Positions 38,620 through 51,149 of a stretch of DNA of 64,000 nt are shown in pieces. The stretch lies in contig NC_042998.1 in NCBI RefSeq assembly GCF_006345805.1, positions 4,774,001 to 4,838,000 on the forward strand. The letters run 5' to 3'. This DNA comes from Octopus sinensis. Its lineage: Eukaryota. The notes below the pieces were generated by a model that saw nothing but the letters and a program-made list of their open reading frames with translations, had not been told where the DNA came from and searched no databases. The position numbers were made by a program, and so were the translations under genes. How positions within the stretch are numbered: the first letter of the stretch is position 1; the number at the start of each line of letters is the position of its first letter.

Positions 38620-40892
38620 TGACTACCGAGTAATGTAACATATTGTATAGATATATATATATATATATATATATAAACAGTGTACATTTAAGCACATGAG
38701 AGATGGCCATAATAGGACATGTGAGTCGCTAGAAAGAGTAGTTAGACTCAAAACCACTATTAGGGGTAATTTCGAAATGGAATGAGAAATAAGAACATTT
38801 ACCCTCTATTTCCTGTACCATGGTTTCAAGCAATCTTTAGTAAATTAAATAATTTCATTGATGAAGCTGGCATCAGCAGGAAAGCCAAGAATATCGTATA
38901 AAAACGAGGCGATAAAGAACATGCCTCGTGTTTACATATCATAACTTCTCAAAATCCACCGCGCACGCGCGGTCTTTTATCGGCAGCAAGTACAAAAAAA
39001 ATGCCGATTTTCTTTCAAAATTAGCCGGTATGTTTGCAGTATAATGTGTGTAACGTTATCGGTGTAAGAACAACTAAAATAATTTAGTAAGAACTGCAAA
39101 TGCAAGTTCAGGCTTTAATGAGAGAGAGAGAGAGAGAGAGCATTAACAACTGACTGAGGGCAGGAATATAAACAAACAGTCATGAAATGAAATTTAAATG
39201 GAATACTTCGAAAGGTATTTACTAATTAAAACGGTGACGTTCATCGTAGTGCATGCCATGAACTTCAGGTATTTAATGAACATAAACACGTGCGCGTGCA
39301 CCCACTCATACACATAGAAACGAAACGAACATATACAGGTGCTCAGATATAGAAAACGCCCGTGCAGGTATGTACACACGCATATGTGTATTTTTATATG
39401 TGTGTACATGTGTGTGTGTGTGTGAATAACGTTTGAATATACAAATAGAAACACACGTATTGAATAAAGTAATAAAGAATTATATGAAACCAATGATTCA
39501 TGCATTAATATGTGAGCATACAAACATAAACACACTCATACCGCATACGCAGAAACATATATGTGAGTATGAGTGCGTGTGTTAATTTGTTAGCGTGTCT
39601 GTATATCTTTATGTTTGTGTGCGGGAATGTGTGTGAGTGTGTTTGGGTATTGCGCAAGTGTGTGTGCATGAATGCAGTTTCTAGAGAGAGAGAGAGAGAA
39701 AACACTCCCACAAATGTGAAATATCATTTCTTCAAGATATGATATTACTAATGAAGTTAATAAATAGAAAATTGTGACAATTTCAATATTACTAATATTT
39801 AAACGAAGGATATGAAGAAATAGTGTTTGTTTATTTGTTAGTCTTTCCTTTCCTGAAACAGAAAAACATTCAAGAAATTATGCAAACAAAATTCTTTAAA
39901 ATTAGATGCTTCCAAAAACTGCTTTTTTTTTTCTATAACGACCTTTTATAAAACCATATTTGTATATCGGTTCCACACGCAAAGTTTTACATTTTGATAT
40001 TACCGCTGTTATTTTATTCATTTCTAATCACATTTCTCTACGTGGCCAATGCATAGCCAGCTGGTCTTTTAAAACTGCTTCTTTTTTCTTCAATGACGTA
40101 GGTTGAACTTGGCAGAGCAAACATCTTATGAATTACACTTCAATTCCAAAGCATTGCTATCGCTTACAGTGTTAATTTCTATCAGCTACGTAAGCTATCC
40201 TTTTGTTGTCAAATATTTAAGAAACTCACACGTTCTACCGGTGACCTGATGCAAAACAACGTCTATGCAGCTAATTTAGAATGCTATTAATTTCAGCCGT
40301 CTCTGCTCTGGTCTAAAATTAGATGAAATCTATTCTCTGTTAATGATTTAAAATGAATCATATTCCTAAATATCACATCTATGTTTCTTTAATCACTTAT
40401 TTTCTGACGCTGACCTACTGCTAATAATGCTATCCGTCTAGATAACATTATTCTCCAATAGGGTAGAAAATTACGGATGCAAACTTATGCTGGAAACCAA
40501 CTCAATTGCATTCTTAGTCAAAATCTGAATCATGCAAAATAATTTAACTCTCAAAAATTGAAAATTTTAAAGAATATTTTAAAGAAATAATAACAAAGTT
40601 TCCATTAAGAATTACTGGTCATCGTTTCCGGTTAGAAAATGACTTGTCGTTAAAAAAAAAACCAAGCGTAACCATTTGGTAGTTATCTTGCCAGTTACTC
40701 CGAGCATAACTGAAAAATGGATAGTATGGCATCTCTGAGACTGCTCGGAGGAGGTTATATTCTGGTCAGATGTATAAGGTTAAAGATACCGAATTCGGGA
40801 TGTGAAAATGGGTGGCAGATTTATTCTGTTACACAAAAAAGCAAACATGACCAGCTTTCCACATAATTTCCATTGATCACAAAATTACTCAC

Positions 40893-40996
40893 TTGGCTCC
40901 GTGACCTTGGTTGATCAATAACAGTGGCAGAATACAGTACACTGAAGTGCGAGAAAGTGTGACGACGCGAACCAGTATTCTTAACATTACAACCAT
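40893..40996 (-). CDS. Candidate first coding exon encoding a signal peptide (MVVMLRILVRVVTLSRTSVYCILPLLLINQGHGA)
   Basis: Start context aaacATGg, hydrophobic stretch, donor AA|GTGAGT (phase 2), in-frame stop upstream; no downstream exon identified. Confidence 0.3.
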
Positions 40997-42054
40997 GTTT
41001 ACGGTTATGGATTTTTTTGCAAGGATTTTTCTAAATCCAAGAAAAGTATTTACATCATGCGGTCAGACTCTTGATAGAGTGATAAAAAAAAACGATTCAA
41101 ATTAATAAGTGAAAATTACTGTAAATGAAACGACTGTCTGAAAACTACACACGTTGGAAATAAAATCGGACCAGAAGAGCACAAATGAGGTTTGAAAAGT
41201 AGACATTAAAGAAACTTAGAAAGAAAACATGATTAGTTCAATTAAAGAAATACATAAGTCTGATTCGAATTAACTGATTATATACCATATTAGAGTGTGT
41301 CGGCGCAATTTATTTGTTCTTTAACATGAGAAAGAAATAAAATTCCCTACATATATAATATCCATTTAAAACACAAAATTTAATATTAAAAAATCTGCAT
41401 ATCTTCTATAATTTCTACCAGACACATTTTAATTTATTTATTCAAATTGAATAGCTATAAATAGATTGAAAATATGTTATTTGTTTCCTTCACAGAAAAA
41501 ACCTAAAATATATACATAAAACGCAATTGTCATTCTGTTATTATACAATGCTAAGACATATCCATTCAAAACAAAGCACTAAAGAAATTTGCAAAACTGA
41601 AAAGCATCATGGGAACAATATTGAAAGTAAAATGTCTGGAGACGAATATAGAAAACTGATTAAGCACACTACCTAAAGTAAGTTGAAAATAGCGCAATGA
41701 AAGAAATTCCCCGAAGAATCGGATTGTTCAATATAACAAGGTATAATTCGAAAAGCGAAATCAGAAAGCTCAACCTATATCCAATCTCAGAAATATAGAG
41801 TCAAGATAATTCAGGTAATACTCACAGCTTTGATTGAGAAAGCAGAAAACTAATATCAATATTCGAAACCCACCAGACCAAAGCTGGCATTACTGGTATA
41901 TATTACCTTCAATAAAAGATGAAAGAGATTTCGTACAAATAGTTATAATCATAAACATATTTATAAATAAGTGTTCATGAGTCTAGCTCAATTGTAAAGT
42001 CTAACGATTATAGTCTTGATATATATTGTAAACCTTTGTAGTATCATAGGAAAA

Positions 42055-42057
<3 letters not shown>

Positions 42058-42100
<43 letters not shown>

Positions 42101-42190
42101 TTAATAATAATGATAATAATAATAATAATGATAATGATAATAATAATGATAATAATAATGATAATAATAATGATAATGATAATAATAATG

Positions 42191-42270
<80 letters not shown>
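42058..42270 (+). repeat. (AAT)n/(GAT) microsatellite
   Basis: Directly visible. Confidence 0.95.
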
Positions 42271-42272
<2 letters not shown>

Positions 42273-42493
42273 TATGATAAGAAAATATTCAGACAAATAC
42301 GTAACAAAAACACCAGAACTTACAAACACATATAACATACAGAAAATTGCACTACTAGGCACTGCACACATCCTACGCAGAACACTTTCCATACAATAAC
42401 CATCAGAGCATCACAACAAATCACAGCACATACCCAAGGCACACAGAGCTGCGCTCGGTAGTGAAGTGAAAGCACGCTATAAAAATAAAACTA

Positions 42494-42496
<3 letters not shown>
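42271..42496 (+). mobile_element. 3' end of an R4/Dong-like (restriction-like endonuclease) LINE within (TAA)n
   Basis: C-terminus IQKIALLGTAHILRRTLSIQ* matches the R4/Dong-type IQK..LLGTAHILR ending; short 3' UTR followed by (AAT)n. Confidence 0.7.
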
Positions 42497-42530
<34 letters not shown>

Positions 42531-42534
<4 letters not shown>

Positions 42535-43010
42535 TGTTTTTTTAATACATTGTTTTCTCTTGGTATAAAAGATGGGTTACAGCAAATATCCTGCTCAATA
42601 CCACAGATTTGCTTGTCAGTTGTTTGGCCTTAACCAGTTGAACATGTTCCTTCTGATCATGAGCAGAAGTAGTGGGCGAGTATCATAGCCATGTGTTGAG
42701 AGGGATTCTTGGGGGTTTGAATAATTCACCTCTGGAAACATGGGTGTTTCATTGAACATTCTTAAACAACCCTTATTCAGGGACCTTTTGAGCGGGGTGG
42801 TGTATACGACCAGAAAGAAAATTCTAGCTGTGCCCCACCTGCAAGGTCATGTGCTGTTTATCTTGATATGAGATCACCATGTTGCGCACATATGGTTGTG
42901 ATGCATGTGCTTGGTGTACCCTTATCACACGGGTAGTCATGATGGGTATACTGGGCTTCGTATATTTTACCCCAGTGTCACTTTGATGGCATGCACTGCT
43001 CTCTCACTCA
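42531..43010 (+). mobile_element. Unclassified interspersed retroposon-like repeat ending in (AAT)n
   Basis: The end gcatgcactgctctctcactcaataataat is recalled as a common octopus repeat; single copy here, not verified. Confidence 0.35.
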
Positions 43011-43097
43011 ATAATAATAATAATAATAATATCAACGACGACGAGAATGGCGATGAAGATGAAGAGGAGGTGGAGGAAGTTGTTGTAGTTGTTGTTA

Positions 43098-43180
<83 letters not shown>

Positions 43181-43181
43181 G

Positions 43182-43233
<52 letters not shown>

Positions 43234-43262
43234 GGTGGTGGTGATGATGATGGTGATGATGA
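43010..43262 (+). repeat. Compound (AAT)/(GAT)/(GGT) microsatellite
   Basis: Directly visible. Confidence 0.9.
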
Positions 43263-45534
43263 AAGACTGAAATAGATAGGCTCTATTTGCTAATAAGTTA
43301 ATGGGACAGGGATATATGAATGCAGAATACATTACCTGTGCTTCGATTTTGGGTTTGGAATAACAGTGATCTCAAAACAACGAATGTTTATAGTTAAAAT
43401 ATCAAAGAATTTGCTGGAACAAGGAAACAAAATTCAAGAATAGAAAAGAAAACTGCAGGATAAATAGTTGGGAAAGAAGAAAACACATGGCATATTCATA
43501 CAATAAAAGTGGAAAACGATAGTTTTGGCTGAGAGTTACAAATAAAGTATGGGAAGCTGAATCGCTAATAACCGACACTCAAGTACAAGCCAAAAGAATG
43601 GATTTAATAAAGACAAAAGTCTGGTAAAATTCCGTCGCTCAGCGGACAGGATGAACGTGTTAACCATATTCGAAGCAAGAATTGTAAGCTGACACAAATA
43701 AAGCATGAGCACAGACACAACTGCATCAGTAAAGGATTACATTAGGCTGTTACCTATGAGTGTTAATTTGAAATCAAGGAAAAGTACGGACGCGAGCAGA
43801 GGCCCTGTTGGAGAAAGATAAGTATAGAATTTCATGGAGTCTCTTTGTAGAACCTGATAATACTATAGCAAGGAAACTTGGTTCGTCAATGAAAGAGAGG
43901 AAGAAACAAGATCATTAGCTTTGTGATGCCATATGACAGTAGAGTTGATATATAAAAAAAGTGAGAAAATTTTCAAAATATCAGGTCCTAACCAGGGACA
44001 AGAAGAGATTGCAAAACAAAATTGGTAAAAATTGAGCCTTTGGTAAATGGTGCACTCGTCAGAATTTAAGCTGTTACCTCCAAAGCTGAAGAATATTGAA
44101 TTTGAGACAAACGATGTCGAAGTGCACATAAGTGACAGTGTGTATTTTGCAAGGATCCTGAGAAAGGTTTTTGAGATTTGAAGTGTTGTTTTCACCAAAA
44201 CGCAGGAATATATTCAGGGAAAAAATATAGTCTTTGAAATCTTTTATAACTCATTCAAAATTTTCATGATTTGTTGATGTAATAATATGTAATTAAACAA
44301 ACGGGTGTGCATACTGATACAGAAATTCACATCGAACAATTAGAAATTATCATCAGCATGTAAACATGATACATTAATAGAATCAAGCTGGACGTGTTGA
44401 ATTGCCGAATTCTTTCTTCAGAAAAAGGTGTGGTGAAATACAAATGTTATAGCAGTAAGTCTATTTTTAAAGGACGTATAAAAACAGCAGAAAGACAGAG
44501 GAAATAGGTTATAGCAAAGGTCAGATTAAAACAGAGATCAGCAGAAAAGCTTTGTGATCGAAAGCGAAGATACAAATGAAAGTGATTGAAAGAAAGAGAG
44601 GAGAGATGACTAGAGAAGAAAGAAAAACGATGAAGAGGCTTGTGTTAGAAGTAGACTAATGCCGACAAATCACAAATCTGTTTTTTTGACGAAGAAAGAA
44701 TATACAAGATGAAAGAGAATTGACTAAACAGAAAGAACAAGAAAGAAAGCACGAATGCAGTGGCTTTGGTACTGAATAACTAACCAAGCGTTTAGACCAG
44801 ACAAAACAGAAACCACGATAAAAGTATAAAAACAGGGACAGAAAACCAAGTAGATAGAAGGAAAAATCAATAAAAGGTAGGGGTTACAAAAAGATTATTA
44901 CATAACTATCAACATAAATTTAGTTGCTTTAAAATGAATGCGTGACATAAATTTCGCAGGCCCAGTGTACGCATGTGTGTGTGTGTGTTTCTGAGTGTGT
45001 GTGTGTGTGTGTATGAGTGTATGCATGTTTGTATGTATATATGTATGTGTATATATATATATATATATTAGGACGATGATTTTAGTTTGAAATCCAAGAG
45101 TCGATATTTTTTTGAAGATGATTGGAAAATATTGATCTATGGTAAAAGGTAATTCAATTTTACGTAATATTTGCGGAGATCCCATGCTGCATGGCCTGTA
45201 TGCACTATTGATAACATCTGTCAGTCCTAATAACAGACATGTTAGTTTTATAACAAAATGTTATTAACCAAGCGATAAGAAATATAACTAGCAAGTAATG
45301 TCAGATGATCTAAGGCAGTGAAGTGACAGAATTGCAAGCACGCCGGAAAAAAACTACTTAACCACATTTTCTCCGGCTTTACGTTCTGAGGCTGAATTTC
45401 ACCGAGGTTGACTTTGCCTTTCAGCATTTCAGGGTGGATAATTGTCGGGTACACAACAATTACAACTTTTGTCTCATGTGTTAACTTATCTCTCGCTCTG
45501 ATTATTTTGTGGTTAATATTCCTAGTCTTGTTCA

Positions 45535-45750
45535 GGTGGCGAGCTGGCAGAATCGTTAGCATACCGGACGAAATGCTTAGCGGCATTCCGTCCACTTTCA
45601 AATTCCGAGTTCAAGTTCCGCAGAGGTCGACTTTGCCTCTCATCCTTTGGAGGTGGATAAAATCAGCACCAGTTGAACACTGGGGTCGAAATAATGGGTT
45701 TACTCCCTTCCCTCGAAAGACCTGGCCTTGTGCCTGAATGTGAAACCAAT
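45535..45750 (+). mobile_element. SINE family 2 with normal tail (diverged); partial copy at ~45330-45440
   Basis: ggtggcgagctggcagaatcgttagc ... ggccttgtgcct. Confidence 0.75.
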
Positions 45751-46384
45751 ATTATGATTATTGTTTTTCTTTTTATTGCCTTTCACTTAGAAATTTTCCG
45801 AGAAAGCTCGGTGGCGATATGACATTTATCCTGAATAGCATTACGCACATTTACAATGGACTTCATACATAGTCATCCAGAGTAGGCGGTCATATTCCGC
45901 AGCTGCTGCTTCCGATCTAAAACGTTAGTATCATTTTTAAGAAAGGTTACATGTCAAAGAATCTTGTCCGTAGTCTATTGCAACACCAGTAACCTTTATA
46001 AGAGTTTTTTTCTTTTTTAAGTGTTTACTCGAGTAGTAATTTGAAGTAAAAATTCATATAAAGATTTTACTACTCCATATCATTCATCATTGAGCTTCAG
46101 TAACAATTGAATCATGGGTGAACTGCAATGCAGCTGTTAAAGGGACTGGAGCTAAACGTACTACAATCACAATACGCGGCATTTGATTGTTGCGACGCAG
46201 ATTCCAAAGATTGAGCATTTTCGAACAAGTCTTATAATTCAGCATTCTAATATTATGACCATATCAGTACCATTTTAGAAACGATAGATAAAATCAGGTC
46301 GAAATATTTACAGGACAGAGTAATGATTATATGTTGTGTAAGATATAGGGAAAACATATATAAATTTCTAGACAAGTATACATA

Positions 46385-46745
46385 GGCGCTAGCGTGGCTG
46401 AGTGGTAAGAAGCTTGTTTCCCAAACCCATGCTTCCCAGTTCAGTCCTACTGTGTGCTCATTAGGCAAGTGCATTCTACTATACCCTCAAGTCGACATAT
46501 ATATATATATGTATTTGTCTGTATCTTCATATCTCTGTTTGTCCCTCATTACCGCTTGATAACCTGTGTTAGTGTCTTAACGTCTCCGTAACATAGCGGT
46601 TCGGCTAAAGAGATGATAGAATAAGAACAAGGCTGAAGAAAATCTAAATAATGGGGCCGATTCACTCGACTGAAAACATTTTCAAGACGGTGCGCCACCA
46701 TGACTGCAGTCTAATGCCTAAGAGAATTAAAAGATATAAAATAAA
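46385..46745 (+). mobile_element. SINE family 1, old diverged copy
   Basis: gtggctgagtggtaagaagcttg...gttcagtcc...cggttcggc..gatagaataag. Confidence 0.65.
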
Positions 46746-47172
46746 AGATGAAACTTTGCAAGGATGTGTAGAATTTCAGTTTCATCTCATAATATTCGGG
46801 ACACAATGTGAGAGACTGTGTATCTTGTTTATTGTTGGTGCTGAAGAAAGTGATTATGATAGTGGGGAAAACGTGCGTATGTTCTAAATAAGTAACTTAA
46901 CTAATGTTAGTTGGAGGATACATTTGTGCTATCTTACAATTATATATATAAAATCTGAATAAGTATAGACATGTGCACATGAAATAATCAATAGCGACAG
47001 AAGCAGAAATAATCCGAAAAGATAATCATTTCTCCAGCGTTACGTGGATATTGTGCTACTACACATAATACTGTATCATCTACCTTGACAGCACCTCTCA
47101 TAATCATTCGAGGAGCATAAAAGCATTCGTATTTATATTGTTGACAATTGAGAACCTTCTGTTATGGCTGCC

Positions 47173-47229
47173 GGAACTGTTAGATCATGTGATTTCACCC
47201 TGTTCTGGGCTCTTCAGAGACAGAATTCC
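47173..47229 (-). ncRNA. Hammerhead motif with intact core and damaged stem I
   Basis: Reverse complement CUGUCU-CUGAAGA-GCCC(AGAACA)GGGU-GAAA-UCA(CA)UGA-UC-UAACAG; adjacent to (TA)n. Confidence 0.5.
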
Positions 47230-47261
47230 AGTAGAAACATAAGAACCGTGTATATATATAT

Positions 47262-47317
<56 letters not shown>

Positions 47318-47377
47318 TATATATATTATATATATATATATATATATAATATATATATATATATGTATATATATATG

Positions 47378-47423
<46 letters not shown>

Positions 47424-47437
47424 ATATATAATATATA

Positions 47438-47473
<36 letters not shown>

Positions 47474-47550
47474 TGTATGTATGTATATGTATATATGTAT
47501 GTATGTAAGTATGTATGTATGTATGTATGTATGTATGTATATGTATATAT

Positions 47551-47815
47551 AGTTCAAAATATCTCATATCAAGATGACCACTCTGGTCCACGACGATTCC
47601 TTGTGGGTGAAGAAAGAAGGCGATCCATTGTTCGATGTATCTATGGGGAGCTTTGACGGGGCTGAAATCGCTAGATACCCTCAAAGCTGGATACCCTCAA
47701 GAGACGTACCCACCCACATAGGTCGGCGCTGTATTGAGACGACGGACTGGCTATCTTAACAGATATGAACGGCCACACATGGACAGGTTCAAGAAAGACT
47801 TGATAAAAATAGTTA
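47551..47815 (+). pseudogene. PLE reverse transcriptase fragment (duplicate at 48920-49185)
   Basis: [22 protein letters not shown] and LY*DDGLAIL...DRFKKDLIKI match the PLE RT FDV.MGS.DGAE and LYRDDGL motifs. Confidence 0.8.
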
Positions 47816-47828
47816 ATATATATATATA

Positions 47829-47980
47829 GGCGCAGGAGTGGGTGTGTGGTATTTAGCTTGCTTACAAACCACATGGTTCAGCGGTCAGTCGCACTGCATT
47901 GCACCTATAGCCTCGAGCCGACGAAAGCCTTGTGACTGGATTTGGTAGACGGAAACTGAAAGAAGGTCGTCATATATATG

Positions 47981-48027
<47 letters not shown>

Positions 48028-48170
48028 TGTGTGTGTGTGTGTCTGTGTGTGTTTCTGTGTGTGTGTGCGTGTGTGTGTGTCCCAACATCGCTTGCCAACC
48101 GATGCTGGTGTGTTTACTTCCCTGTAACGTAGCGTCCAGCAAAAGAGATCTATAGAATAAGTACTAGGCT
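47829..48170 (+). mobile_element. SINE family 1, 3'-truncated (duplicate at 49198-49540)
   Basis: Homology to 10853-11286. Confidence 0.8.
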
Positions 48171-48299
48171 AATGATAAAGGTGTATTTACATCTTTTACC
48201 ATTAGCGAGATCATTTTATATGGACTTCAGAATTTATAATTTGTCAGAAGTGTATTTCAACACACACAAGCACAAACACACCACACACACACACACACA

Positions 48300-48330
<31 letters not shown>

Positions 48331-48369
48331 CACCACACACACACACACATACACGCACACATACACACC

Positions 48370-48598
48370 TATTTCTTTACTACCCACAAGGGGCTAAACA
48401 CAGAGGGGAACAAACAAGGACAGACAAAAGGATTAAGTCGATTACATCGACCCCAGTGCGTAACTGGTACTTAATTTATCGACCCCGAAAGGATGAAAGG
48501 CAAAGTCGACCTCGGCGGAATTTGAACAAAGAACGTAACGGCAGACGAAATACGGCTACGCGTTTCGCCCGCATGCTAACGTTTCTGCCAGCTCTCCG

Positions 48599-48599
<1 letters not shown>
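48370..48599 (-). mobile_element. SINE family 2 with Tx1-like tail inside a (TG)n tract (duplicate at 49731-49961)
   Basis: Tail ends ...gtagtaaagaaata|GGT. Confidence 0.85.
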
Positions 48600-48629
<30 letters not shown>

Positions 48630-48703
48630 AGATGTCTATATGTGCATATGTATATGAACCTATAAATATATATATAATATATATATATATGTATATATAT
48701 ATG

Positions 48704-48769
<66 letters not shown>

Positions 48770-48786
48770 ATATGTATGTATGTATG

Positions 48787-48844
<58 letters not shown>

Positions 48845-48854
48845 TGTATGTATG

Positions 48855-48888
<34 letters not shown>

Positions 48889-49361
48889 TGTATGTATGTA
48901 TGTATGTATATGTATATATAGTTCAAAATATCTCATATCAAGATGACCACTCTGGTCCACGACGATTCCTTGTGGGTGAAGAAAGAAGGCGATCCATTGT
49001 TCGATGTATCTATGGGGAGCTTTGACGGGGCTGAAATCGCTAGATACCCTCAAAGCTGGATACCCTCAAGAGACGTACCCACCCACATAGGTCGGCGCTG
49101 TATTGAGACGACGGACTGGCTATCTTAACAGATATGAACGGCCACACATGGACAGGTTCAAGAAAGACTTGATAAAAATAGTTAATATATATATATAGGC
49201 GCAGGAGTGGCTGTGTGGTATTTAGCTTGCTTACAAACCACATGGTTCCGCGGTCAGTCGCACTGCATTGCACCTATAGCCTCGAGCCGACGAAAGCCTT
49301 GTGACTGGATTTGGTAGACGGAAACTGAAAGAAGGTCGTCATATATATGTATATATATATG

Positions 49362-49413
<52 letters not shown>

Positions 49414-49642
49414 TGTGTGTGTTTCTGTGTGTGTGTGCGTGTGTGTGTGTCCCAACATCGCTTGCCAACCGATGCTGGTGTGTTTACTTCCCTGTAACGT
49501 AGCGTCCAGCAAAAGAGATCTATAGAATAAGTACTAGGCTAATGATAAAGGTGTATTTACATCTTTTACCATTAGCGAGATCATTTTATATGGACTTCAG
49601 AATTTATAATTTGTCAGAAGTGTATTTCAACACACACAAGCA

Positions 49643-49716
<74 letters not shown>

Positions 49717-49960
49717 CACACATACACACCTATTTCTTTACTACCCACAAGGGGCTAAACACAGAGGGGAACAAACAAGGACAGACAAAAGGATTAAGTC
49801 GATTACATCGACCCCAGTGCGTAACTGGTACTTAATTTATCGACCCCGAAAGGATGAAAGGCAAAGTCGACCTCGGCGGAATTTGAACAAAGAACGTAAC
49901 GGCAGACGAAATACGGCTACGCGTTTCGCCCGGCATGCTAACGTTTCTGCCAGCTCTCCG

Positions 49961-49991
<31 letters not shown>

Positions 49992-50018
49992 AGATGTCTA
50001 TATGTGCATATGTATATG

Positions 50019-50068
<50 letters not shown>

Positions 50069-50587
50069 TGTGTATATATACATATATTTATATGTAAGTT
50101 TATACATATTCACGTATATATCCATCTACATATATGTATGCTTATCTGCGCATACATACATACACAAATGTGTGTGTGTATGTGTGTGTACAGATATATA
50201 TTTGCCAATATTTTACATCATGTTTTATGATGGTGAATTGATTTTCTGTCATCACATTGCCTTAACGTGAATGTCAATACTTATAAATGCTGATATGAAA
50301 ATTTGCACTCCATGCAAAAATTCTTTCATTCACTTTCTCTCACACCTAAGCTATGAAATTTTGCGACTATCCTAGCTTTCTACTTTATTCTCATATTTGC
50401 TGTCTTCATTATAATGCACATTCTTTTCATTGTAGTTCCAGAAAAAACTTTAGATTTCTATATAAGTTTTCCAAAACATATATATATACACATTTTCATT
50501 TTTTCTGTCGTTCTCTCTCTCTCTCTTTATCTCTCTCACTCATTTACTCTCTCCCATTAAGTATAAATACACGCACATACAAATATA

Positions 50588-50659
<72 letters not shown>

Positions 50660-50706
50660 GCATACACACACATACGCACACACACATATATATATATATA
50701 CACATG

Positions 50707-50747
<41 letters not shown>

Positions 50748-51149
50748 TACGAAATGCACTCGTCCTTTGGACGGTGTAATCTAGTATAATGGCGCACCTA
50801 TTTGGACGGTTCAAGTTGAATTAGCTCGCAGTTAGGAGTCGTTTCAAGTTGATGAATGTAAAATGTATAATTACATAATTACCAATTTCGTTAGCAGTTT
50901 ATTATATGGTATTAAGCAACCTAGGTAATGAATAAAGTTTTGGGAAGAAAAATTTGTCAGTGAGTGATAAATGAGAGTCCATGAAATAGCAGTATGCATT
51001 AGGGATCCTATATCTTACCCGTAGCGTTTTGTAGCATGTAGTTATTTGTGACATGTAGTTATTTTACTCGTAATGCCTGACACAACTGCATTGAAGCTTT
51101 TTTCAATGAAAGCCATGTATGATAAAAAGCCCACCAACCGACCGATGGT

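Larger units (their letters stand above)
37662..38653 (+). mobile_element. 5'-truncated Penelope-like element with an inverted pseudo-LTR segment
   Basis: ~135-bp inverted repeat (37726-37860 and 38519-38653) around a GIY-YIG coding region; (TA)n on both flanks. Confidence 0.88.
47250..50030 (+). repeat. Tandem duplication with ~1.37-kb period
   Basis: Anchors 47551/48920 and 48629/49991; near-identical unique sequence; boundaries lie in (TA)n. Confidence 0.9.

Noticed and set aside
38860-38890. TTGATGAA-GCTG/CAGC-AG-GAAA
   Set aside because: Extra bases before GAAA, and no stems I or III.
39720-40480. Possible RTE endonuclease remnant on the minus strand
   Set aside because: Too degenerate to support by eye.
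43300-44900. Purine-skewed stretch suggesting a decayed LINE
   Set aside because: No diagnostic motif could be read.
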